A model generated the notes under the pieces. The model made no database searches. It was not told the DNA's origin and saw only the letters and a list, made by a program, of their open reading frames with translations. Positions 1 through 8,309 of a DNA stretch of 23,172 bases are shown piece by piece (the stretch's first letter is position 1; every line of letters begins with the position of its first letter). Source of the stretch: Candidatus Calescibacterium sp. (lineage in GTDB: Bacteria > Calescibacteriota > Calescibacteriia > Calescibacteriales > Calescibacteriaceae); the NCBI GenBank assembly GCA_032249135.1, contig JAVVGL010000030.1, forward strand, positions 1 through 23,172, given 5' to 3'. The translations under genes were made by a program, and so were the position numbers.

Positions 1-1118
1 TATTTTTCAAAAATTGGAATTCCCCACCCAGCGCTCAAAGATATAAAATACCTATCTTCTATTTTCTTCATATCAAAAAAGCTAAATCCTATCTTCACCG
101 CAAATTCAGGGGAAATTCCTATTCTTAATCCTGCTGAGTATTCAAAGTGTTTGTTGAAAAGATTACGAGCACCATATCCTCCACCCTCTCCCTCCTCTTG
201 CAGTTTCGCCTGTAATTTTTCAAAGTAAGGATTTCCATCTTGCCAATCAAAAGTTCCAATCTGCAAATACGGTCTTATACTATAAATAAGCTCTGAACCG
301 AAGACATGATAAGATAAAATTAAAAATCCTCCCCAACCGGATTTTTTAGATTCTAAATCTCTCAACAAAAATCCTTCAAGCAAAGCTATAAGTCCTCCTG
401 GGTTGTTATAAGATATGTTTCCTCCCATGATGAAATTTCGGACAAGAATTTGGGATCCATCTTTCTCTTGTATTCTAAAAGGATCATAGCCCAAAGACAC
501 ACCAACTTCTCCAAATTCTCTTTTTACAAAAAGCTTGCCGATGAAAGTTTTTTCTTTATCAAGATCCCAAAAAGGAGAAGCACCAAATTGTAAGTTCCCG
601 GTTCCAACATCTATAACATATCCCGGTTGAAACTCTCCTATTTCGGCAGAGCCTTCTGCTTCAAATCCTATTGAGTGAATAGGTAAAGGTCCTCCGAAAT
701 CCTCAAACTCTATTATAAATGGTCTTCTTATAACTGGCATAAGGTAAAGTCCGTGATGCCACTCTCTTGTGAAATAACCAAAGGGAGAGTGAAAGCGACC
801 TACCCTTAAAGTAAAAAGCTTATGGAAATTATAGCCCAAATAAAGTCTTTCCGGATAAGCCGCCTCTTCTTCAACCACAAGCTCAACATAACCTTCTGCT
901 CTGCCAAAACCCAAAGAAGATAGCAAGTTTATCTGACCTATGCGGAAGTTGATGAGTTTTTCATCTGAAAAGTAATCGCCACCCATCTCCCCGTATAGAT
1001 ACATAAAACCCCGAAGCTCTTGAGCCCAAACCGAACCCGCAAGACTAATCACCGAAAGAAAGAAAGAAAGAAAGAATGAATGAATGAATGAATGAATGAA
1101 TAGAAATCTGTTTCTCAT
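1..1118 (-). CDS. Outer-membrane beta-barrel / porin-like protein (about 372 aa; runs to the window edge, where the last two bases TA may begin the stop codon)
   Basis: Not in the ORF track; translated by hand. ATG at 1118 with SD GGAGGTG (1125-1131). Open to position 3: MRNRFLFIHSFIHSFFLSFFLSVISLAGSVWA-QELRGFMYLYGEMG...ERLYLGYNFHKLFTLRVGRFHSPFGYFTREWHHG...RPFIIEFEDFGGPLPIHSIG...YFISLSAGWGIPIFEK. Has a signal peptide, alternating amphipathic strands and an aromatic-rich C-terminal strand. Confidence 0.75.
   Translation of the reverse strand, partial: MRNRFLFIHSFIHSFFLSFFLSVISLAGSVWAQELRGFMYLYGEMGGDYFSDEKLINFRIGQINLLSSLGFGRAEGYVELVVEEEAAYPERLYLGYNFHKLFTLRVGRFHSPFGYFTREWHHGLYLMPVIRRPFIIEFEDFGGPLPIHSIGFEAEGSAEIGEFQPGYVIDVGTGNLQFGASPFWDLDKEKTFIGKLFVKREFGEVGVSLGYDPFRIQEKDGSQILVRNFIMGGNISYNNPGGLIALLEGFLLRDLESKKSGWGGFLILSYHVFGSELIYSIRPYLQIGTFDWQDGNPYFEKLQAKLQEEGEGGGYGARNLFNKHFEYSAGLRIGISPEFAVKIGFSFFDMKKIEDRYFISLSAGWGIPIFEK
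1054..1101. repeat. Compound tetranucleotide SSR (GAAA)5(GAAT)7, 48 bp, inside the porin signal-peptide coding region
   Basis: Counted directly; reads (ATTC)7(TTTC)5 on the coding strand, currently in frame. Confidence 0.95.
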
Positions 1119-1268
1119 TTTTTTCACCTCCCTTTTTCTGTGGTTTAATTTTTGTTTAATCTAAAAAATAAAGTCCGAAAAAATTAGAATTCAAAAAAAA
1201 ATTTTATAAATTTGCAAAAAAATTTTCATCCAAAAAATTTTTCATTTTTTCTGATGTCTTCAACTTTG

Positions 1269-1354
1269 CTATATTTTTTTTCTCCAAATAAGATAAGCTA
1301 TAATAGCCGCAAACAAATAAGTCCAATTCCCATTATTGTAATCACTATTTCCAT
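1269..1354 (-). pseudogene. Degenerate tandem paralog of the 1384-1656 membrane protein
   Basis: ATG at 1354 with SD GAGGT. Reads MEIVITIMGIGL, then a 1-nt deletion, then LFAAIIAYLIWRKKI*, aligning with MEVAVTIMGIGVTLMAFIITYLAWRNGK of the upstream copy. Shares CCAATTCCCATTATTGTAA and similar upstream sequence. Confidence 0.7.
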
Positions 1355-1383
1355 ATTTTTACCTCATTTTCAAATAGAAAAGT

Positions 1384-1656
1384 TTAATCCTTTTCCCTAA
1401 GAATTCTTTTTGCTATTTCCTTTTTTTCTTCTGGTGTTTCAGCTAAAATTAAAAGAGCGATGAGTCTGAAACCTTGATCTATTTTCTCTCCGAGCTCCCT
1501 TATTTCTTTCCTTAGTTCTCTGAATCCCTCATCCATCTTGTTGATAATTATTGCTGTATTCTCTTTTATGATTTTCCCATTTCTCCAAGCAAGATATGTT
1601 ATAATAAATGCCATCAAGGTAACCCCAATTCCCATTATTGTAACCGCTACCTCCAT
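1384..1656 (-). CDS. Small protein with N-terminal membrane anchor and coiled coil (90 aa), function unknown
   Basis: Strong SD GGAGGAGGT; hydrophobic residues 3-24, then heptad-like MDEGFRELRKEIRELGEKIDQGF. Confidence 0.75.
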   Translation of the reverse strand: MEVAVTIMGIGVTLMAFIITYLAWRNGKIIKENTAIIINKMDEGFRELRKEIRELGEKIDQGFRLIALLILAETPEEKKEIAKRILREKD

Positions 1657-1860
1657 ATCTTTTACCTCCTCCTCAAATAAAAATTTACTCTTTTTATCTG
1701 AAACTCAATCTTTTTCACCACGAATGGAATTTCCAATTTTGTGTTTTCCAATTTTGTATTTTTCCTTAGACCATCATCCGTACTTTTCCAACTCTTCAAT
1801 CCGCCCCAGTGTTTTTCCATCTTGTGCAAGAAATCTCACATGCAAAACGATTCAAGAAAA

Positions 1861-2637
1861 TTACAAGGAAACTTTCAAAGGCAAAATATATGAGTAATAA
1901 GCTCTTATTATGGAATCAACTGGTTCAAATGATAAAATACGAGAGAGAGGATGCCCCAAAGACGCCAAAAGCTTGACAAACGGATAAGAGAACTTTATTA
2001 TTTTTGCAAGAGGGATATCTGGGAAAAATCTTATCCATCTTTTATCAATATTTGTTTTTATAGCTTCGGACAAAAGAAGAAGGAATAAAGGTAAGTTTTT
2101 GCCTTCACCAGATTTTTCATAAGCATCTTTTATGGTTTTGAAGAACATAATATTAGCGACCTTTATAGCACCTACTGAATCTGCTATCTCTTTTTTCTTT
2201 GCAACCTCACAAGCTAGTTCATACGCTCCTTTCATATTATCTATAAATAAAAGTTCCGCCATCCTATCAGCCCACTTTTCGGTAACATCAAGAGTATGAG
2301 CAGAAACAAAAACCCCATCCTGCTCCTTCTCAATACAAGCCCATATAACTTTATCTTCTTTTTTAGAAAGTATTATCGTGAACAAGTTTCCAGAAACGAA
2401 TTTAGATATTTTTAGAGCCTGCATAGATTTGCAAAGCAGCCTACTATCTATAAGCACATCAATAAAGAATGGATGAAAAAAGAGTTCATCAGCTGAAAGT
2501 TCTTCGCCTGATTTTATCTTTGCGCATCTTCTGACTAACTCAAACCAAGGTTCTCTGAAAGCTTTACCTGCCCAAGCCTTTATCTCTCTTTCTTCTTTTG
2601 TCAAAGGAACTTCTTCCATAAAGTTTAATTTACTCAT
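1861..2637 (-). CDS. Hypothetical protein (258 aa) overlapping the end of ccrA
   Basis: Long ORF; likely start ATG 2637 (MSKLNF) overlaps the ccrA stop by 8 nt; no recognised motif. Confidence 0.7.
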   Translation of the reverse strand: MSKLNFMEEVPLTKEEREIKAWAGKAFREPWFELVRRCAKIKSGEELSADELFFHPFFIDVLIDSRLLCKSMQALKISKFVSGNLFTIILSKKEDKVIWACIEKEQDGVFVSAHTLDVTEKWADRMAELLFIDNMKGAYELACEVAKKKEIADSVGAIKVANIMFFKTIKDAYEKSGEGKNLPLFLLLLSEAIKTNIDKRWIRFFPDIPLAKIIKFSYPFVKLLASLGHPLSRILSFEPVDSIIRAYYSYILPLKVSL

Positions 2638-3829
2638 TTTTCCCTTCATTTTCATTTTCAACTTGAACTTTTATAACCATTTTTCCAAAATGTTTATTTT
2701 CGTACATAAGTTGATGAGCAAGAGGAGTCTCGTGAAATTCAAACACTCGTGAAACTACCGGCTTTATCTTTTTCTGAATTATAAGCTCATTTGCAATATA
2801 TGAATCGTAAGCATTAGCAAAGTGAGAACCTATTATTTTTTTCTGTCTCATCCAAAGGTACCTTACATCAAAAAGAAGATTATATCCCGTTGTTGCACCA
2901 CAAATCACGATTTTTCCGAATCTATCTGCAACATAAACGCTTGTAGCAAATGTTTCATAACCAACATGCTCAAAAACAATGTCAGGATCTTTCCCGCCTG
3001 TAAGCTTTCGTATATCATCTCTAAATCTTTTCATCTCGCTAAAAGTTTTCTCATCTATTTTCCCATTTTTTGGAGCTATGTCGTATTCAGATCTGTTTAT
3101 AAAAAGTTGGGCACCAAGATCTTTAAGAATTTGAGCTTTTTCAGGAGATGAAACAACGCACACAGGAGTTGCACCTACAAGCAAACATATTTGAGTTGCA
3201 AAAATACCAAGACCGCCAGCTGCTCCCCATATTAGAACAACATCACCCGGCTTTATTTCAGCCTGACGAACTAGCATCCTCCAAGCTGTAAAATAAGTCA
3301 AACCGTAGCTCGCTGCCTCCACCCATGAGAGATGTTTTGGTTTCGGAAGAACCTGCTGAGCTTGAACCAAACAAAACTGAGCAAAAGACCCCCAATTTGT
3401 CTCATAACCCCATATTTTCTGATTTTTACAAGCCATAGGATCAAGTCCATTACACTCAGGACACTGCCCACAAGATTGATTACAGTGCAGAACAACCTCA
3501 TCCCCAACTTTGCAGTTTGTCACACCAGGTCCCACTTTCCATACTATCCCGGAAGCATCTGAACCAGCTATGTGGAAGTCATATCCGGTGTATTTCATTA
3601 CATTTACTGGCTTTCCTAAGGAAGCCCATACACCGTTGAAATTCACTCCCGCAGCTTTTACAAGGACTAAAACCTGCCCAGGTCCCGGCTCAGGAACATC
3701 TATTTCTTCAACCTGCATAGCTTTTATAGGCTCCCCTAATCTATCTGGTCTTATAACAACAGCTTTCATCCTCTTGACTGGTGTTCCTGGTTCTACATCC
3801 ACCTTTCCTAAAGGCAATATATCTACCAT
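2630..3829 (-). CDS. ccrA: Crotonyl-CoA carboxylase/reductase (MDR superfamily), 399 aa
   Basis: Ccr signatures AAGVNFNGVWA, FHIAGSDASGIVWKVG, QKIWGYETNWGSFAQF, VLIWGAAGGLG, DVRYLWMRQKKIIGSHFAN. Start moved to ATG 3829 because SD GGAGG lies at 3839-3843. Confidence 0.92.
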   Translation of the reverse strand: MVDILPLGKVDVEPGTPVKRMKAVVIRPDRLGEPIKAMQVEEIDVPEPGPGQVLVLVKAAGVNFNGVWASLGKPVNVMKYTGYDFHIAGSDASGIVWKVGPGVTNCKVGDEVVLHCNQSCGQCPECNGLDPMACKNQKIWGYETNWGSFAQFCLVQAQQVLPKPKHLSWVEAASYGLTYFTAWRMLVRQAEIKPGDVVLIWGAAGGLGIFATQICLLVGATPVCVVSSPEKAQILKDLGAQLFINRSEYDIAPKNGKIDEKTFSEMKRFRDDIRKLTGGKDPDIVFEHVGYETFATSVYVADRFGKIVICGATTGYNLLFDVRYLWMRQKKIIGSHFANAYDSYIANELIIQKKIKPVVSRVFEFHETPLAHQLMYENKHFGKMVIKVQVENENEGKNE

Positions 3830-3923
3830 AGATTTCAACCTCCTTTTTTATATGGAAAGAATAGATCAATCAATACTCTATTTAAAATTTGAAAAGTGAC
3901 TATTTCTTTTTTTCAATTTAATT

Positions 3924-3966
3924 TACGAAAAAACTTACTTATTACTACGAAAAACTTACTTATTAC
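3924..3966. repeat. Tandem direct repeat TACGAAAAA(A)CTTACTTATTAC x2 (22 + 21 bp) upstream of ccrA
   Basis: Copies at 3924-3945 and 3946-3966 differ only by one A in the A-run. Confidence 0.9.
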
Positions 3967-3977
3967 AAAAAAATTTT

Positions 3978-5087
3978 TTAATCTCTATTTGAGAACCTGA
4001 CATAAATTTCTAATTCTGATGGCGGTGGAGGGAAAGGAGAAGAGTTCCTTATAGCTTTCATAACAAAGATATCAAAGTTTCTATTTCCTGATGATTCCTC
4101 TAAATCCATATCAAGAATTGAACCATCTTGACCTATTTTGAGATATACAACACAAGAAAGAAATTCACCTTTAAGAGAAGGCGGAATAACGAAATTCTTT
4201 TTTATACTTTCCCTTATAAGCTGTGCATAAAGAGAGATGAAAGTTTGAGCTGCTCCACCATTTTCTGTTCCCCATTGCATATTACCGCCACCTGAACTCC
4301 TGCCCGAACCTTCTCCCCCCTTACCATCGCCTTTGCCGCCCCCTCCACCAATATATGACTTTGCGAGTTCGCGCAGAGCCTTTTCTAACTCGTCTAAATC
4401 TTTTGCAGTATATTTCCCAGTACCATATTTTTCCTTTTTTTTATCTTTTAAATCTTTATCTTTAACATTGTTCCTATCACTTGCTGTTTGCGATATAGAC
4501 TCTTTTTTACTATTTTTCTCCTCCTTTCTTAAGCTTTGCTTATTTTGAGATCTGATATCTTTTTCAGCCTTTGCGATTTCCTTCTTTTCGTTTAATGATT
4601 TTTTTATGTTAGCATTTGAGTATTTTGATTTTTCTGCTTTGATATTTTCTTTCTTTTTTATAATATTTTCTTTATTTTTTGGAATCTCTTCTTTTCTATC
4701 TTGCTGATCTTTATTATTATTATTATTTTCTTTTTTAACTTTATCTTCTTTTTTCTCTTCCTTTTTTATTTCATCATTTTGATTTGATTTGAGAGGAGAA
4801 GAATCAGATTTCAAATGATAAGGATTATTCTGATATGCTGAACTATCTTCATTAGATTCTGAAGTACTTCCTCCTATCCCCAAATTCATATCTTTTTGTC
4901 CAGAGGCTGCTGTATGAAAAGATACCCAAACTATCTCTTTTTTTTTATTTTTATCTTCTCCTTTATAACTAATCAGAGTGTAGAAAATAAGAAGAATATG
5001 AATGGAAAATGAGAGAATAAAAGAGAAAATGAAAACTTTGTCTTTTCTCTCTTGGTACCCACTTTTATAATTTAGCATCCGAGACAT
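3978..5087 (-). CDS. TolA/TonB-family envelope protein (TM anchor, charged linker, TonB C-terminal domain)
   Basis: N-terminal TM with SFSIH (TonB/TolA S-H motif), long K/E-rich linker, Gly-rich stretch, C-terminal YAQLIRESIKKNF...IGQDGSI...ESSGNRNFD...AIRNSSPFPPPP. Confidence 0.85.
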   Translation of the reverse strand: MSRMLNYKSGYQERKDKVFIFSFILSFSIHILLIFYTLISYKGEDKNKKKEIVWVSFHTAASGQKDMNLGIGGSTSESNEDSSAYQNNPYHLKSDSSPLKSNQNDEIKKEEKKEDKVKKENNNNNKDQQDRKEEIPKNKENIIKKKENIKAEKSKYSNANIKKSLNEKKEIAKAEKDIRSQNKQSLRKEEKNSKKESISQTASDRNNVKDKDLKDKKKEKYGTGKYTAKDLDELEKALRELAKSYIGGGGGKGDGKGGEGSGRSSGGGNMQWGTENGGAAQTFISLYAQLIRESIKKNFVIPPSLKGEFLSCVVYLKIGQDGSILDMDLEESSGNRNFDIFVMKAIRNSSPFPPPPSELEIYVRFSNRD

Positions 5088-5127
5088 GACCTTAACTTAA
5101 TTTCACTTATAAAATACTTCAATCCAA

Positions 5128-5532
5128 TTATACCCTACCGAAATCATCTTCAATTCTTTCTATATCGTCTTCAAGAAGTTTTTCACCCATCCAAACTTCT
5201 ATAATTTTCAGTATTTTATCTTTTGACCTATTTTCTATTCTGTGCGGTTCTTCTTTTTCTATCATCAGAGTATTTCCTTCGCCCATAATGAACTTTTTAT
5301 TTCCTTTGGTTATGAGCGCCTCACCTTCAACTATAACCCACTTTTCTTTTCTGAATTTGTGTTTTTGCAAGCTCAATCTTTTTTGAGGTAAAACAAGTAG
5401 GATTTTTACTTTGAAATTCTCATCACTCCACAGCGTTATAAAACCACCCCATGGTCTTATCTCTTTTTCCTTTGATGGATGATTTTCTATCAGCTCCCTC
5501 AATTTAGCTTCAAAACTATTCTGGTCAGACAT
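5128..5532 (-). CDS. Mannose-6-phosphate isomerase type II C-terminal cupin-domain protein (134 aa)
   Basis: RPWGGF, RLSLQKHKFRKEKWVIVEG, HRIEN, IIEVWMGEKLLEDDIERIEDDFGR are typical of the PMI-II cupin. Start placed at ATG 5532 (MSDQ). Confidence 0.88.
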   Translation of the reverse strand: MSDQNSFEAKLRELIENHPSKEKEIRPWGGFITLWSDENFKVKILLVLPQKRLSLQKHKFRKEKWVIVEGEALITKGNKKFIMGEGNTLMIEKEEPHRIENRSKDKILKIIEVWMGEKLLEDDIERIEDDFGRV

Positions 5533-5623
5533 ATAAATAATTTTAAAGTTTCCTTTGAATAGAAAATCTTTTTGAGAAAAGAAAAAAAACAATCAATAAG
5601 AAGGAACGAAAAATACTTACTGT

Positions 5624-6226
5624 TCAATAGTAGTATGGCGAAGGCAAAAATTCTTTTCTTTCTTTTACCTCACCTACAATCTCGGGTTTTTTTACAAACC
5701 AAAAATCTCCTTTTTTGTAAAGCGTGATATCTACTTTGACCTGAACATGTCCGATAGGATATTTCTTTCTTACGACAAAATCAACAACAAAAGCACATTC
5801 ATTTCCATTATTTTTACTTTCATTATCGTCCCCATTATTATCTTCATTTGTATCTTCACTATTTACCTTTTTTTCGTTTCCAATATATGAAATTTGGAAC
5901 TGTTGAATGTTTGCATAATAAACTTCTTTTTGCCGCACCGCATAAATCATCTTTGCTATAAAAAGTTCAAGGGATTCCTCATCTTCAAAAAACTCTCTTA
6001 TAACATCTTTTGTACCCACATCTCTTATATCATGAGTCTTTAAAACATAAAAAAGTTCTTCTAACCTCTTACTTGCTCCCAAACACTCAGGCGGAGTTGG
6101 AAATTGAACTTTTTTTGAACAAGAAAAAAAGAAAAAAGTAAAAAGAAAAGGAAAAACTATCAAAGAAAAAAAAGAAAAAAGAGAAATAATTTTATTTTTT
6201 TTATCTTTATTTCTTTCTATCCTCAT
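5624..6226 (-). CDS. Putative lipoprotein, function unknown
   Basis: Basic N-terminus, hydrophobic stretch, lipobox-like FFSC. Confidence 0.65.
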   Translation of the reverse strand: MRIERNKDKKNKIISLFSFFSLIVFPFLFTFFFFSCSKKVQFPTPPECLGASKRLEELFYVLKTHDIRDVGTKDVIREFFEDEESLELFIAKMIYAVRQKEVYYANIQQFQISYIGNEKKVNSEDTNEDNNGDDNESKNNGNECAFVVDFVVRKKYPIGHVQVKVDITLYKKGDFWFVKKPEIVGEVKERKEFLPSPYYY

Positions 6227-6265
6227 CTTTTATTCTCTTTTCCTCATCTTTTATTTTCTTTTCCT
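6220..6265. repeat. 21-bp tandem duplication TCCTCATCTTTTATT(C/T)TCTTT x2 covering the lipoprotein start
   Basis: Copies at 6220-6240 and 6241-6261, one mismatch, followed by a partial TCCT. Confidence 0.85.
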
Positions 6266-6886
6266 TTACTTTCTTTCAATTCTATAAATATCAACAGGTA
6301 AAAATTCAACATTTTTTTTGTGGAAAAAAAATTTTCGTCTTAATTGGATTTTAGTTTTAAATGAAGATGTAACACAGAATCCATTTTCTTCTGAAAATTT
6401 CCTTACAAATGGCTCTGAATTTTGAGATAGGAAACACCAAACAACATCAGAAATCTCAAAGGCTTTTTTAAGAAAAATTCTATCGGCTCCTTTTCTTTGA
6501 ATTCCAAAAGGTGGATTCATAATACAAACATCAAATTTCTTTTTGAGATAAAGTTTTTTTACATCAGCGCACAAGAAATCTACCGGGAGAGAAAATCCCA
6601 AATCATCCAAAACTTTTTTGTTTTTTAAAGCAATTTTCAAAGCAGAAATATCTACATCTACACCAAGAACAAATTTAGCATCAACAAAAGCAGCAGCAAA
6701 AGTCAAAATCCCGGTTCCACAACCGAGATCTATAACATACTTTTGAATCAAATCTTGATAAGCTTTTTGTAAAAAGAAAGAGACAGTTTTGCCATCAGTT
6801 TCGTACTGTTCTAAAAAAACTTTGGGTTCATCAAATCCATAAAGTTGAGAGACCAAAATTTCTATTTCCTTAAAAGAAATTTTCAT
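6266..6886 (-). CDS. METTL5-like (archaeal/eukaryotic-type) N6-adenine RNA methyltransferase
   Basis: N-terminal GFDEPKVFLEQYET, SAM-binding VIDLGCGTGIL, catalytic MNPPFG, ADRIFLKKAFEIS, C-terminal FFFHKK..VDIYRI; 206 aa. Confidence 0.82.
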   Translation of the reverse strand: MKISFKEIEILVSQLYGFDEPKVFLEQYETDGKTVSFFLQKAYQDLIQKYVIDLGCGTGILTFAAAFVDAKFVLGVDVDISALKIALKNKKVLDDLGFSLPVDFLCADVKKLYLKKKFDVCIMNPPFGIQRKGADRIFLKKAFEISDVVWCFLSQNSEPFVRKFSEENGFCVTSSFKTKIQLRRKFFFHKKNVEFLPVDIYRIERK

Positions 6887-6929
6887 TACATCTATTGTTT
6901 TTATTTGTTCTCTACATTTACTTTTTTAT

Positions 6930-7424
6930 CTATTTGCTTTCCACCCTTATTTTTCCAACATAATCAAAGAGCTTATCTCCGACGAGAATAAAGTTAGGAA
7001 CAGTGTAGTAACCTAATTCAGTTTTAAAAATGAACCAGAATATAAAATCATCACTACCGGTTAATATTTTACGATGAGCGAAGAACTTACAGATTACTTT
7101 TTGTGCTCTTCCCTTTTTTTCTTCCTTTTTCTCACTTACTCCTTCTTTACTTTCTTTTTTATTTTCAGATTCACAAGTCATGTCTTCTATTGTCTTTATA
7201 TCAAATATTCCGTTTGAGATTACAATTGAAACGCTCCCTGGAAAATTGGTTTCTATTACAATCCAAACTCCATCTGCATCTTGATTCAAAACCAAATTAC
7301 GCTGAAAAACTATAAAATACTTTGTATCCTTTACCGGTGAAAATGTAAGCTTGATATCTTTTGAGCTATAACACGAGCAAAAGAAAAAAAAGAACAAAAT
7401 CAATATACTTTTTAAATTTCTCAC
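6930..7424 (-). CDS. Putative lipoprotein, function unknown
   Basis: GTG start; MRNLKSILILFFFFFCSC signal peptide and lipobox. Confidence 0.65.
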   Translation of the reverse strand: MRNLKSILILFFFFFCSCYSSKDIKLTFSPVKDTKYFIVFQRNLVLNQDADGVWIVIETNFPGSVSIVISNGIFDIKTIEDMTCESENKKESKEGVSEKKEEKKGRAQKVICKFFAHRKILTGSDDFIFWFIFKTELGYYTVPNFILVGDKLFDYVGKIRVESK

Positions 7425-7529
7425 AAATAAAAATTTTATTTTTCACATCAAATTTCAGGAAATATTTTTGAATTTTTGTTCAACAAAAAACATAAACAAA
7501 ATGTAAAATAAAAGGAGGTTATAGTAAAA

Positions 7530-8288
7530 ATGAAAATTCTTGTACCAGTAAAAAGAACGCAAGACCCGTATGTAAAAGTAAGATTAAAACCAGACGGTTC
7601 CGGAATAGACACCTCAAACATAAAGTACGCCATAAACACTTTTGATGAAATAGCAGTTGAAGAAGCTCTAAGAAAAAAAGAAGAATTTGGGGGAGAAGTG
7701 GTGGTCGTATCCGTCGGAACGCAAGAGTGGACAGAACAGATAAGAGTTGCATTAGCTATGGGAGCAGATAGAGGAATTTTGGTAGATACAGGTGGTAAAT
7801 ATGTAGATCACCTTATAGTAGCAAAAGTTCTTGCAAAAATCATACAAGAAGAAAATCCGGACCTTGTGATAATGGGGAAACAAGCAATTGATGACGATGC
7901 AAATCAAGTGGGACAGATTCTCGCAGGAATTCTTGACTGGCCACAAGCAACCTTCGCATACAAAGTTGAAGTAAATCCACAAGAAAAAAAAGCAAAAGTT
8001 ATAAGGGAAGTTGATGGAGGACTTGAAACAGTTGAAGTTGATCTTCCCGCAATAATAACAACAGATTTAAGATTAAATCAACCACGATATGCATCTTTAC
8101 CCGGAATAATGAGAGCAAGACAAAAACCACTCAAAATAATAAAAATTGAAGAACTTGGAATAGATTTGACTCCATCTGTCACAATAGAAAAACTTGAAAC
8201 TCCACCACCAAGAAAAGCTGGAGTAAAAGTAAAAGATGTTGATGAATTAATTGAAAAATTAAAAGAAGCAAAGGTCCTTCCATTCTAA
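7530..8288 (+). CDS. etfB: Electron transfer flavoprotein beta subunit
   Basis: MKILVPVKR, NTFDEIAVEEAL, ALAMGADRG, GKQAIDDD, REVDGG, DLRLNQPRYASLPGIM; SD AAGGAGG. Confidence 0.96.
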   Translation: MKILVPVKRTQDPYVKVRLKPDGSGIDTSNIKYAINTFDEIAVEEALRKKEEFGGEVVVVSVGTQEWTEQIRVALAMGADRGILVDTGGKYVDHLIVAKVLAKIIQEENPDLVIMGKQAIDDDANQVGQILAGILDWPQATFAYKVEVNPQEKKAKVIREVDGGLETVEVDLPAIITTDLRLNQPRYASLPGIMRARQKPLKIIKIEELGIDLTPSVTIEKLETPPPRKAGVKVKDVDELIEKLKEAKVLPF

Positions 8289-8309
8289 TAAAAAAGGAGG
8301 TGTAAAAAG

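Noticed and set aside
1662-1820. 52-codon minus-strand ORF MEKHWGGLKSWK...
   Set aside because: No SD, includes a slippage duplication, ends inside the next gene's SD region, and has no recognisable features.
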